The notes beneath the pieces are model-generated. The model did no database searches. It had not been told where the DNA came from and saw nothing but the letters and a program-made list of their open reading frames with translations. A program made the translations under genes and the position numbers. DNA of 64,000 bases from Candidatus Cloacimonadales bacterium (lineage in GTDB: Bacteria > Cloacimonadota > Cloacimonadia > Cloacimonadales > DAONDQ01): contig OY759316.1 in NCBI GenBank assembly GCA_963662275.1, forward strand, positions 3,008,001 to 3,072,000, given 5' to 3'. Positions 20,695 to 30,179 of the stretch are shown here, one piece after another. Positions within the stretch are counted from its first letter, which is position 1. Every line of letters begins with the position of its first letter.

Positions 20695-21888
20695 CTACGA
20701 TTTCAATGGCTTTACCACTCTCTCCAATACCCCTTGCAACTTGGATATGGCTAACCCATAATTGGTAATAGGCACACCCCGTCTTTCACATTCGATGATA
20801 CGTCTTCCCATTTCCATCTGGTTGATCATGCAACCGCCACAATGAATAGCGAGAGCAAAGTCCTCCAGGTTATCTGGGAAATCATGTCCTGCAAAGACCT
20901 CAAATTGCAAATCCTTCCCCGTATACTGGCTGATCCAGCGTGGTATCTTGGTTCTTCCGATATCATCTGCCTGCACATGATGAGAGCATGCTTCGGCAAT
21001 CAATACCTTATCTCCGTCTTTAAGCTTATCCAACATTGCAGCACCAGCAATTAAGGCATCTAATTCCCCTTTATAACGGGCAAAGAGAATGGAAAACGTA
21101 GTTAGCTTAACTGGTTCAGGAACATCTCCGGCAACCTTTAAGACTACCTGCGAATCTGTGATAACAAGGTCAGGATTCTCTTTCAAGGACTCCAGGGCTG
21201 CTTCCAGTTCACGTTCCTTGACAGTTGTAACGATCACATCATTATCTAAAAGCTCTCTGATCACCTGTACCTGGGGAAGTATTAATCTGCCTTTCGGAGC
21301 AGCAAGATCGATAGGAACGACAAGTACTACCCTGTCCCCCGCTTTCACAAGATCGCCGACCAGCACTCTTTCCTTCATCAGTTCCTTAGGAGCCAGATTC
21401 ATGAGAAGTTCTTTACATTCCCGGATACTATCACCTGTTTTAGCTGAAACACTGATGAAGGTGATGCCGTGTTCCCGGCAGAAAGCTATCTCTTCTGATT
21501 CAGCTGAACGTATATCTGATTTATTGAAGATAACGAGTATCGGTATTTTGAGTTGCTGTATCTGGTTGATGAAATCCTTTTCATAGGTTCCCAATCCCTG
21601 TTCACCAATCACAACAAGGGCTATATCCGTACGATACAGTACTTTCCTTGTTCCTTTGATGCGCATGTCACCAAGCTCACCCGTGTCATCGATACCGGCA
21701 GTATCATAGAATGTAACGGGACCTAAGGGAAGCAGTTCATAGTGTTTATCAACAGGGTCTGTTGTTGTCCCCGGCACATCAGAAACGATGGCAATATCCT
21801 GTCCTGTGAGAGCATTGATCAAAGAGGATTTCCCTGCGTTGCGTCTGCCAACCAGGGCTAATATGAGTCTTTCTCCGCGTGGTGTCAT
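20695..21888 (-). CDS. hydF: [FeFe]-hydrogenase maturation GTPase HydF
   Basis: GRRNAGKS, DTAG, NKSD, APKGRLILPQVQ, EACSHH, HCGGCM, TNYG. Confidence 0.92.
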   Translation of the reverse strand: MTPRGERLILALVGRRNAGKSSLINALTGQDIAIVSDVPGTTTDPVDKHYELLPLGPVTFYDTAGIDDTGELGDMRIKGTRKVLYRTDIALVVIGEQGLGTYEKDFINQIQQLKIPILVIFNKSDIRSAESEEIAFCREHGITFISVSAKTGDSIRECKELLMNLAPKELMKERVLVGDLVKAGDRVVLVVPIDLAAPKGRLILPQVQVIRELLDNDVIVTTVKERELEAALESLKENPDLVITDSQVVLKVAGDVPEPVKLTTFSILFARYKGELDALIAGAAMLDKLKDGDKVLIAEACSHHVQADDIGRTKIPRWISQYTGKDLQFEVFAGHDFPDNLEDFALAIHCGGCMINQMEMGRRIIECERRGVPITNYGLAISKLQGVLERVVKPLKS

Positions 21889-23297
21889 TTACTTTCCTTT
21901 TTTATATCATCTTCGGTAAAACCGAGCTTGCGCATGTGCTTTGCAGAAAGGTGTTTCTCAAGTTCTGTCTTCGACATCACACCCTTTTCAATGACCAAAT
22001 CGCTGAATGAACGATTCGTTTTCAAAGCTTCATGAAGTATCTCTTCCACTTTGTGATAACCGATAATGGGAACAAGCACTGTAGCTAAAGTCTTACTATT
22101 CAATACCAGTTCCTTGCACTTTTCTTCATTGGCAGTCATACCTTTCAGGCATTTCTCACGAAGAATGGTAGTGGCATTCACCAATAGATGAAGTGTCTCC
22201 AACATGGTAAAAGCAATTAACGGAAAATACTGGTTCAGTTCAAGCTGCCCCATTCCGCAGGCTATTGTTATGAGGTTATCATTGGAAATGACACGTAATG
22301 CCACCTGCCCTATCGCTTCCGGTATCACAGGATTGATCTTACCCGGCATGATGGTGGAACCTGCCTGCATTTCAGGAAGACGAATCTCTGAAATACCTCC
22401 ATCCGGTCCCATGTTCATCAGTCGCAAGTCATTTGATATCTTCAATAGGTTGGAAGCATAAGTTTTAAGCATACCTGAGATTTCCACAAAAGGGTCGAGA
22501 TTCTGGGTGGCATCGACGAGGTTTTCACTGCGGGAAATACTCAATCCAGTTAAGGAACGAAGCACTTCTCCCACTTTAAAGATATATTCTCTCGGTGCAC
22601 CGAGACCAGTACCGATCGCAGTTCCACCGAGATTGATGACTTTTATCCTTTCCCTGCATTTGAAGATACGCCAGCGGTCACGAGCAATGGCTTCCGCATA
22701 AGCACCGAATTCCATGCCAAGTGTTAAGGGAACTGCATCCATCAGCTCTGTGCGTCCCAACTTCACGACATGTCCAAATTCCTGTTCCTTAGCCTGGAAC
22801 TCTTCCTGTAACCAGGATATCTCTCTTTCCAAATCTTTAAGATAGAATAAGACAGCCACTTTCAAAGCTGTTGGATAGACATCATTCGTTGATTGGTGCA
22901 TATTCACATGTTCAAGAGGAAGCACAGGATCATTGGAACCAAATGTATCATCCAATTTGCGATCTGCAATAAAGGCGATGACTTCATTAAAATTCATGTT
23001 TGTGGAAGTACCTGCACCACCCTGGAAAGGATCGACCACAAACTGGTCATGATGCTCACCTTCGATGATTTCATCACATACTTGGATGATGGCTCTTGCA
23101 GTTTTTTCTTCGAGATAGCCCAGGTCAGAGTTCACCTGCGCTGCTGCTTTTTTCACATAGGCAAAAGACTTTATGAAATATGGTTGCATCTTATAGCCTG
23201 ATAATGGGAAGTTGTTGATCGCACGCTGGGTTTGCACACCCCACGCTGCATCTTCCATGATCTCGATCGTTCCCAATCCGTCTGTTTCTAATCTCAT
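21885..23297 (-). CDS. aspA: Aspartate ammonia-lyase (fumarate lyase family)
   Basis: QGGAGTSTNMN, QSTNDVYPTA, KLGRT, GSTIMPGKINPV. Confidence 0.85.
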   Translation of the reverse strand: MRLETDGLGTIEIMEDAAWGVQTQRAINNFPLSGYKMQPYFIKSFAYVKKAAAQVNSDLGYLEEKTARAIIQVCDEIIEGEHHDQFVVDPFQGGAGTSTNMNFNEVIAFIADRKLDDTFGSNDPVLPLEHVNMHQSTNDVYPTALKVAVLFYLKDLEREISWLQEEFQAKEQEFGHVVKLGRTELMDAVPLTLGMEFGAYAEAIARDRWRIFKCRERIKVINLGGTAIGTGLGAPREYIFKVGEVLRSLTGLSISRSENLVDATQNLDPFVEISGMLKTYASNLLKISNDLRLMNMGPDGGISEIRLPEMQAGSTIMPGKINPVIPEAIGQVALRVISNDNLITIACGMGQLELNQYFPLIAFTMLETLHLLVNATTILREKCLKGMTANEEKCKELVLNSKTLATVLVPIIGYHKVEEILHEALKTNRSFSDLVIEKGVMSKTELEKHLSAKHMRKLGFTEDDIKKESK

Positions 23298-24478
23298 CCC
23301 TTCCTCCGTAACAGTCTGTCTTTCCGTTTATTCCAATCTATCAGCACTTTCTCATTTTCATTTGAATCATTTTCCAGATAATATAATGCCTTTTCCACCC
23401 ATTTCAAAGCTTCACCGGCATTCTTTCCCGTGTGTTCAGCGAATATCGCCAATTCGCGAATAGCAAACAACTCACCTTTCTCGGCAGCTTCTTCCCATAG
23501 TTTCAGGGCTTTTTCCAACTGCTGTTCCTTTTTGAAAAGAAAGGAAAGCTGCTTCAGTACAGCGGTATTATCAGTGGAAAGCATAGTCTCGTAGATGTCA
23601 ATCGCCGTCTGTGTCTCCCCCATTTCCTCATAAAGACGACCAACAGCAAAAAGATCAAACTCTGTATGAGTTTGACGTGAATGTGGCACTTCCAGTTCAT
23701 CAGAAATGAGATGCAGCAGCACGGGCATACTGAGGATATCACTGCGGTTATGATTAAAGATATTCACGATCTCTTCGGCATTGTGCGTATCCAGGTAATG
23801 GAAATATACTTGTGGTATATGACCACCCCATATATCCTGGGAAGAGTCGCGCATACTACCTAAAATGTAGTACTCGAGACTTTCCAGGGCACAGCTTTCC
23901 AACTGGTGTTTCCACAACCTTCTTGCTAACGGAAGTAAATCTAGATGCGGAATCCGCTTCCAGGAGAAGTCCACTCCCTGCAGGATGCATCGTGTTTCCA
24001 AAAGATTCGTATCGAATGACTTACCATTGAAGGAAACAATGATTTGAAACTTCCTTGCCCTTTCCACAACCTGTTCCAGCATACCTTTTTCATATCCAAG
24101 ATTGGAAAGAAAATACTGCTCGATAACTACTGAGTTCTCTCGAATGAAACCCATGCCCACCATGAAGACATACGTACCTGTACCCCCTGAAAGACCAGTG
24201 GTCTCAGTATCGAGAAAGAGCATCTCTTCGGGTGTGAAATCTATATCCTTGAGCTTAGCCCATTTCCGTATCAGATCATGAACGGCAGGACTTTGCACTT
24301 TATGCTTACCAACCTCAAAGCCAAAAGGAAAGGAAATCGATGCCTTGAAGACTGAACCATATTGAGTTTCTATCAGTTCACCTTCCATCATATCCCAGAT
24401 ATCATTGCCCGTTTCCTTGGGCTTTTGTACCTTCTGCTCTTTCGGATAGCTGCGTTTCAGGATATCAAGATCATTCAT
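23294..24478 (-). CDS. YprB/MrfB-like DEDD exonuclease (RNase_H_2) with TPR-like C-terminus
   Basis: FLDTETTGLSGG.GT, SFNGKSFD, HLDLL..ARRLW, HNRSDI; downstream of a YprA-like helicase. Confidence 0.85.
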   Translation of the reverse strand: MNDLDILKRSYPKEQKVQKPKETGNDIWDMMEGELIETQYGSVFKASISFPFGFEVGKHKVQSPAVHDLIRKWAKLKDIDFTPEEMLFLDTETTGLSGGTGTYVFMVGMGFIRENSVVIEQYFLSNLGYEKGMLEQVVERARKFQIIVSFNGKSFDTNLLETRCILQGVDFSWKRIPHLDLLPLARRLWKHQLESCALESLEYYILGSMRDSSQDIWGGHIPQVYFHYLDTHNAEEIVNIFNHNRSDILSMPVLLHLISDELEVPHSRQTHTEFDLFAVGRLYEEMGETQTAIDIYETMLSTDNTAVLKQLSFLFKKEQQLEKALKLWEEAAEKGELFAIRELAIFAEHTGKNAGEALKWVEKALYYLENDSNENEKVLIDWNKRKDRLLRRKG

Positions 24479-24492
24479 ATTTCAATTGCTCC

Positions 24493-24540
24493 TATTCCTC
24501 CCTTATGCTAAGGGAGGTGGCATTTATGCCGGAGAGTTAG
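24493..24540 (+). repeat. REP-like hairpin copy downstream of the DUF559 gene
   Basis: TATTCCTCCCTTATGCTAAGGGAGGTGGCATTTATGCCGGAGAGTTAG; 47/48 identical to 25214-25261. Confidence 0.9.
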
Positions 24541-24566
24541 ATATCTATACGTTTTAACAAATATCT

Positions 24567-24953
24567 TTATCTCTCTTCGGTATTCATCACATTTTCTGGT
24601 TCTTCAATAACACATCGAATATATTCCATAACACCATCTATATTCGTGAGCACATTATAATTTGTTAACCTTAATACTCGTATATCATGCTCTTGAAAAA
24701 ATAATGTTCTTTTCCGATCGTATTCTGCATTCTCTTTTTCAAAGTGCTGACTTCCATCAACTTCTATTATTAACAATTTATCCGGACAATAAAAATCAGC
24801 GATATAGTTACCGAAACCGCTCTGTCTATAGAATTTTAGCCCCAACAATCTTTTATTTCTCAATCGTGACCATAGCTTGCGCTCAGCTACAGTTTGCTCT
24901 TTCCGGAGTTCAAGCCTTTTGTCTTTGGTTGAGTACAAATTAATTAATTTCAT
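24567..24953 (-). CDS. DUF559 (Vsr-like, PD-(D/E)XK) endonuclease-domain protein
   Basis: LR..QT.AE..LW..LR, KF.RQ, YIADFYC, IIEVDG..H, YD..RT, VLRL.N. Confidence 0.9.
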   Translation of the reverse strand: MKLINLYSTKDKRLELRKEQTVAERKLWSRLRNKRLLGLKFYRQSGFGNYIADFYCPDKLLIIEVDGSQHFEKENAEYDRKRTLFFQEHDIRVLRLTNYNVLTNIDGVMEYIRCVIEEPENVMNTEER

Positions 24954-24979
24954 TTACTCCCTCCTATTATTTTAACCTC

Positions 24980-25261
24980 CTAACTCTCCACCCTGAAGGG
25001 TACCTCCCTTAGCATAAGGGAGGTGGCTTTTGTACCCGTCTTATTCCTCCCTTATGCTAAGGGAGGTGGCATTTTGCTCCGTCCAATTCCTCCCTTATGC
25101 TATGGGAGGTGGCATTTTGCTCCGTCCAATTCCTCCCTTATGCTATGGGAGGTGGCATTTTGCTCCGTCCAATTCCTCCCTTATGCTATGGGAGGTGGCA
25201 TTTTGCTCCGTCTTATTCCTCCCTTATGCTAAGGGAGGTGGCATTGATGCCGGAGAGTTAG
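24980..25261 (+). repeat. One inverted copy plus five tandem 43-bp palindromic units upstream of the DUF559 gene
   Basis: Core CCTCCCTTATGCTA(A/T)GGGAGG in units at 25043, 25086, 25129, 25172, 25215; inverted copy at 24980-25023. Confidence 0.95.
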
Positions 25262-28124
25262 TTCTTCTTTTATCAACAAAATACTCCAAAAGCGCCAATG
25301 TCTCCGCCTTCGCCCCTTCCCCATTCTCTGCGACCGGACCGACACAGGCGGGACAGCCATCCTTACACCCACAGGTCAGAATGACTTTCATGGATTCATT
25401 CATTATGGTATTATGAATTTCATACATCTTCTCACTTAAACCAATACCACCCGGTACCTGGTCATATAAGATAACCGCAGGCTTTCCATTTGCCACAGAA
25501 GCATTGGAACTGCCCATCACACCAATATCCTTGATATCGCACATCAGATACAATGGAGCCAGATTACCAAGTACATAGGCAAGACCAGCCATACCACTTT
25601 GGATGCGGGCTTGCTGCTCTGCCAACTTGTGACAGGAAGAGCAGAGGGTTGTCAAGTTCTTAAGTGCGTTGGCTTCATCCCGATTCATGAACTTGCGGAA
25701 AGGCACTATATGATGCACATCATGCGGTCTGTCAGTTTCAGCGATATGGCAATGCGTGCATTTGAATTCATCCCGTGTCCTTGCAGCCTGGCTGATTTCC
25801 TTCCACTTCGGACCATAGGAATTCGGATTGTTCTTCCACTTCTCGGCTTTCTCTAATTCATCCACTACCTGGTCTTCGATTTCAAACCAATAACCATATG
25901 TGATCAGCTCTGTCTTGGGCAGATCAAGCTCACCATAGCCCAATATCTCCTGGGAATACCATTTCACTTTCTTGAAGCCAGTCACCTGGTTAGTTACCAG
26001 CAGTTTTCCATAATGAATGGAACCACCCATCACAGGCATCAATTTATCTTCATGAATCAATTCAATTTCTGTGTTGCTCATCGGCTGTGTGTAGAATCCT
26101 TCCGAGAAAGGTCTCATCTGCACAGTATGTGTCTTTGTATCAATGCTTTCCACGAGGTATGATTCCCCATCCTGAAGATATACAGCCTGGGGATGCACAA
26201 GCCAATACACGCTTTTATCATCTACTTCCCCGATCACGTTGCCGTTCACGATGAGATTATATCGATCCAAACCGGCATTACGCAGCGATATCTCATCCGC
26301 TGGATAATCCTCTGATTTCCAGAAATACTGTTCATTGGATTCGATCGCTTTCCCCAATTGCTGAAGAAAATCGAGATAATCCTTCAATTCATCGATGGGA
26401 AGAGCACCGAATGTCTCATTCTTGGAGAAAGGCTTCTCGAATAAGGCACACTGCAAATGCTGCATGAGAATGAACGGATTGTTCGGATTCAACAGCGCCA
26501 TTTCCGGTGAACCACCGAAGAGAAAGTCAGGATGCTGAAGAATATACTGGTCTAATAGGCTGGCAGAAGCGATCATGAATGCAACGGATGACTCCGCTTT
26601 GCGTCCTGCTCTTCCCGCTTGCTGACGTGTAGCAGCGATCGTACCGGGATAACTGCACAGCACCACCGCATCCAGGCTTCCGATATCGATACCCAGTTCC
26701 AGGGCATTGGTGGAAACAACCGTCGAGATCGTTCCTTCCCTGAATCCCTTTTCAATCGCTCTTCTATCAGTTGGAAGATACCCACTGCGATAGCCTTGAA
26801 TCTTTTCTTTATGCTCTGAAGCATTCTGTAAATAGGTAAGAATTAGCTCAATCGCCTTCCGTGCCTGGGCAAAGACAAGCGTCTGGAATCCGCATGGCAT
26901 AATGTTTTCTGTAACTCTCACCGTTTCCATGATCACACTTCTTCTAATTCCCAAATCCTTATTCACGAATGGCGGATTATAGAGCAGGAAATGCCTCTCT
27001 CCCTGGGGTGAACCATCCTGCTCGATAAGGTCGAAGTCTTCTTCCAGTAAAGTCGAAATGAATTCTCTTGTATGTGAAAGAGTAGCTGAAGTGAGAATAT
27101 ATTGAGGATAAGCGCCATAGAAATTTGCTATTCTTTTGAAACGCCTAAGCACATTGGCAAAATGAGAACCGAACACTCCGCGATACACATGCACTTCATC
27201 GATGATGACAAACTTCAGGTTGCGAAAAAAATCCACCCACTGCGCATGATGCGGTAAAATGCCCATACTCAGCATATCAGGATTGGAGAAGATGAAGTTA
27301 GCACTGCTGCGTATCTGCTTCCGTCTTTCAGTAGGTGTATCACCGTCATACATCCCACAAGTGGGAAGTGCGAAGTTCGAAGTCCGAAGTGCGAAGTAGG
27401 GATTTACGGAAGGAAATCCATCATTGGAAGTTCGAAGTGAAGAATCGGAAGATTCAGAATATCCACCTTTGGGAAAGGTCTCCGATAATTTCCCCTTGGG
27501 AAGGGCTACCGAAGACAATCCCCCCTTGGGAAGGGCTACCGAAGACAATCCCCCCTTGGGAAGGGCTACCGAAGACAATCCCCCCTTGGGAAGGGCTACC
27601 GAAGACAATCCCCCCTTGGGAAGGGCTACCGAAGACAATCCCCCCTTGGGAAGGGGGGTAGGGGGGTCTATTCTTGGGGAAGTGCGAAGTCCGAAGTGCG
27701 AAGTCCGAACGGCAGAATCAGATGTATTATCACTTTGTTGATAAACCAAATTCAAAAACGCACTCAACTTCCCATACTGATCTTGTGCCAATGCTTTCGT
27801 GGGAAAAAGGAATAGCCCTTTCGCTTTGGGATTGGATTGTAAAGTCTGAAGTATCGGAAGCTGGTAGCAAAGGCTCTTTCCACTGGCAACACCTGTCGAA
27901 ATGACGATATTCCTGCCTTTCATGACAGCTTCATACGCCATCACTTGGTGACTGTAAATGCTGTACACACCGGATTTCAGCAGTGCATGCCGCACATTTT
28001 GATGCAAATCGTCCGGCAGATCTGCAAACACTGCTTCCTTGGCTTTATCGATATGATGCACAACGAAGCAATCCCTGAAATCAGGATCCGCCTTCATCGC
28101 CTCGATCAGATGTTCTACTTTCAT
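25224..28124 (-). CDS. YprA/MrfA/Hrq1-like DEAH helicase with C-terminal DUF1998 zinc domain, an internal HNH domain and an in-frame repeat insertion
   Basis: GVASGKS, PTKALAQDQ, YDGDT, IDEVH, SAT, TNALELGIDIG, QQAGRAGR, YD.VPGGIG, C.C..GCPAC. Confidence 0.9.
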   Translation of the reverse strand: MKVEHLIEAMKADPDFRDCFVVHHIDKAKEAVFADLPDDLHQNVRHALLKSGVYSIYSHQVMAYEAVMKGRNIVISTGVASGKSLCYQLPILQTLQSNPKAKGLFLFPTKALAQDQYGKLSAFLNLVYQQSDNTSDSAVRTSHFGLRTSPRIDPPTPLPKGGLSSVALPKGGLSSVALPKGGLSSVALPKGGLSSVALPKGGLSSVALPKGKLSETFPKGGYSESSDSSLRTSNDGFPSVNPYFALRTSNFALPTCGMYDGDTPTERRKQIRSSANFIFSNPDMLSMGILPHHAQWVDFFRNLKFVIIDEVHVYRGVFGSHFANVLRRFKRIANFYGAYPQYILTSATLSHTREFISTLLEEDFDLIEQDGSPQGERHFLLYNPPFVNKDLGIRRSVIMETVRVTENIMPCGFQTLVFAQARKAIELILTYLQNASEHKEKIQGYRSGYLPTDRRAIEKGFREGTISTVVSTNALELGIDIGSLDAVVLCSYPGTIAATRQQAGRAGRKAESSVAFMIASASLLDQYILQHPDFLFGGSPEMALLNPNNPFILMQHLQCALFEKPFSKNETFGALPIDELKDYLDFLQQLGKAIESNEQYFWKSEDYPADEISLRNAGLDRYNLIVNGNVIGEVDDKSVYWLVHPQAVYLQDGESYLVESIDTKTHTVQMRPFSEGFYTQPMSNTEIELIHEDKLMPVMGGSIHYGKLLVTNQVTGFKKVKWYSQEILGYGELDLPKTELITYGYWFEIEDQVVDELEKAEKWKNNPNSYGPKWKEISQAARTRDEFKCTHCHIAETDRPHDVHHIVPFRKFMNRDEANALKNLTTLCSSCHKLAEQQARIQSGMAGLAYVLGNLAPLYLMCDIKDIGVMGSSNASVANGKPAVILYDQVPGGIGLSEKMYEIHNTIMNESMKVILTCGCKDGCPACVGPVAENGEGAKAETLALLEYFVDKRRTNSPASMPPPLA
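27360..27715. repeat. In-frame insertion of heptamer repeats (CGAAGT[T/C/G]) flanking 30-bp hairpin tandem repeats
   Basis: GAAGACAATCCCCCCTTGGGAAGGGCTACC at 27511, 27541, 27571, 27601 and partial at 27631; degenerate copies at 27451 and 27481. Confidence 0.95.
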
Positions 28125-28191
28125 ACATATCCTTTATGCTTGTTATAGAACATCTGGCAAAGAAGATTTTCATGTCAAATGAAATGTAGTG

Positions 28192-29280
28192 TTACGGTGC
28201 AATCCTGCAAATGCGGAATCCTAAATCCTCATAACCAGTTGTTTCATTGTTGCTGTTCCTACTGTTAACATAGCAGAAATTTTCCTCCAAACTGAAACCG
28301 CCACCCCGAAGTGAACGATATGGACCACTCACTGCTCCATGGGGATTGATCTGCATACCACTAGGGTAATCTCCATATATATCCCAAACATACTCCATGA
28401 CGTTTCCGCTCATATCATAAAGACCCAATTCATTGGCAGTCTTTGTTCCAATTGTGTGAGTGCAGTAATCAGAATTTTCAGAATACCAGGCTACATCGTC
28501 TAAAGTGTTACTACCGCTGAAAGAGTAATTGTTCGTCTGGTTTCCACCCCGCGCTGCAAATTCCCATTCTGCCTCTGTAAGTAAGCGATAACCATTTGCT
28601 GTCCAATTGCATGTTAGATTAGTATGATTTAAATCATCTGTATTCCAGCCTGCTGGCCAATACTCAGGATTTGTACCGGAGGAAATATAACTGTAGCAAG
28701 GAGTTAAACCTTCGCTGATGCTTCTTATATTACAAAACTCAATCGCATTGTACCAGGATACAAGATATACTGGATAATTGCTGCCAACTCCATACCCGGA
28801 GGCAGGATTATTCCCCATGACAGTTTGATATGTTGACTGTGTCATCTCATACTTATCAAGATAAAATGAAGATACTGTTACTTCGGAAGTGCCATTATTG
28901 AATGTCCCTCCGGGAATAAGTTCAAAGCCATCTTCAGCAAAAACTTTTACCCTGTAATGGCTTCCAAGAATTTCAGTACTTTCAGCTCCAATGTCCCAGA
29001 TAATATGTTTTCCATAACCGGGAGCGACGCCAAAGCCAATATCTCCGCTCAGATTTGCAGGTGAAGGAATAATTGTAAATGTACTGCCTGAATCATTTGA
29101 AATGATGATTGAAACAGTGCAGGTATCGGATTCCGCATCCGATAAATTATAAGTAATATCCACAAGTTCACTGTTTCCGTGACGTTGAATCATCGTAGCA
29201 TTGGAAATTAATGGTGCTGTGACAGCATAAGATAGAACAGCAAACAGCAACAAACAAAAAGTAATTATTACGTGTTTCAT
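28192..29280 (-). CDS. Secreted FGE-sulfatase (SUMF1/CLec-fold) domain protein, paralog A
   Basis: Signal peptide, Ig-like N-domain, GYRLLTEAEWEFAARGG, ANELGLYDMSGNV, RGG...GFR. Confidence 0.9.
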   Translation of the reverse strand: MKHVIITFCLLLFAVLSYAVTAPLISNATMIQRHGNSELVDITYNLSDAESDTCTVSIIISNDSGSTFTIIPSPANLSGDIGFGVAPGYGKHIIWDIGAESTEILGSHYRVKVFAEDGFELIPGGTFNNGTSEVTVSSFYLDKYEMTQSTYQTVMGNNPASGYGVGSNYPVYLVSWYNAIEFCNIRSISEGLTPCYSYISSGTNPEYWPAGWNTDDLNHTNLTCNWTANGYRLLTEAEWEFAARGGNQTNNYSFSGSNTLDDVAWYSENSDYCTHTIGTKTANELGLYDMSGNVMEYVWDIYGDYPSGMQINPHGAVSGPYRSLRGGGFSLEENFCYVNSRNSNNETTGYEDLGFRICRIAP

Positions 29281-29295
29281 AGTTTTCCGCCTTTC

Positions 29296-29691
29296 CTACT
29301 TGAGCAGTACCATTTTTTTGGTTGTCTTTATAGAAGGAGTGATCAATTGATAGAAATATATACCACTGCTGCATCCTGAACTATTCCATGTCAGTGTATG
29401 AGTACCTGATGTCAGAGGAAAGGTTTTGACTGTTTGACCCAGGATATTGAAGATAGTTACATTACCTGCTTCCCCAGTTTTGATAGAAACATCAATATTC
29501 GTACTGCCATCAATATAGAAAGGATTTGGATAAGCACTACCCAGCACTGATCCATTCATTGGGGGAACAGGATCATCATTCAAAGTTCCTGTGTTATCGA
29601 GCGCTAAGTCCTCTACTGAGACTACAAAACTTGTGAGGGCAAATATGCTTGCCGATAGGCAAAGCATGGCAACGAATAAGATTGCTTTCAT
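29296..29691 (-). CDS. Small secreted protein made almost entirely of a FlgD-Ig/T9SS-like CTD
   Basis: Signal peptide, ~30 aa, then AYPNPF...IFNILGQ.V...SSGIYFY..KKMVLLK. Confidence 0.8.
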   Translation of the reverse strand: MKAILFVAMLCLSASIFALTSFVVSVEDLALDNTGTLNDDPVPPMNGSVLGSAYPNPFYIDGSTNIDVSIKTGEAGNVTIFNILGQTVKTFPLTSGTHTLTWNSSGCSSGIYFYQLITPSIKTTKKMVLLK

Positions 29692-29791
29692 CTCCGCTTC
29701 TCCTTATATGGCATTTTGATAGTACACATTTTGGAATATATATTAATGTATGGCTGTTTGTCAATAACAAAAAAATGATGTATAGCACAAA

Positions 29792-29869
29792 ATTGTATCT
29801 TGTTTTCACCGAAGGTTTGAAACCTCGGTGTTTTCTAGAGTTGTAGGGATACAATCCCAACAACATAAC
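29792..29869. repeat. ~78-bp double-hairpin repeat, copy 1 (copy 2 at 32481-32557)
   Basis: ATTGTATCTTGTTTTC.CCGA.GGTTTGAAACCTCGG...GAGTTGT.GGGAT.CAATCCCAACAACATAAC in both copies. Confidence 0.8.
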
Positions 29870-30179
29870 ATAATAAGCATTTCCCATCATAGGCATGATT
29901 GGATATGCTGTTGAACAAGCTCAAGTAGCAGGGTGATTTTGAATATGTATTTGGAAATTGCTTTTTGAAGATTTCTTGGGTTGAATTGGATTTTTACAAT
30001 TTTAGCAGAGTCTTTTACCAATGGAAGAGATGATTTTCTTTTCAGAAGTTATCAAATCACTTTGAGATCAGACTTTTTGTGTATGGGCTGATATTGTTTT
30101 CAAGTATTTTAGCAAATTGCCTGTAATATTTCGGTTGTTTCTATAATTTAGGCAAGACAATCCCGTCGGTAAAATTAAC

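Noticed and set aside
25043..25261. CRISPR or guide-RNA array for the adjacent nuclease
   Set aside because: Units are near-identical with no variable spacer segment.
25023..25416. Short plus-strand ORFs over the 43-bp array
   Set aside because: Translations of repeats, partly antisense to the helicase.
27335..27904. Plus-strand repeat ORFs; intein in the helicase
   Set aside because: The ORFs are antisense shadows of the 30-bp repeat. The insert lacks intein C/S...HN-C/S/T splice motifs.
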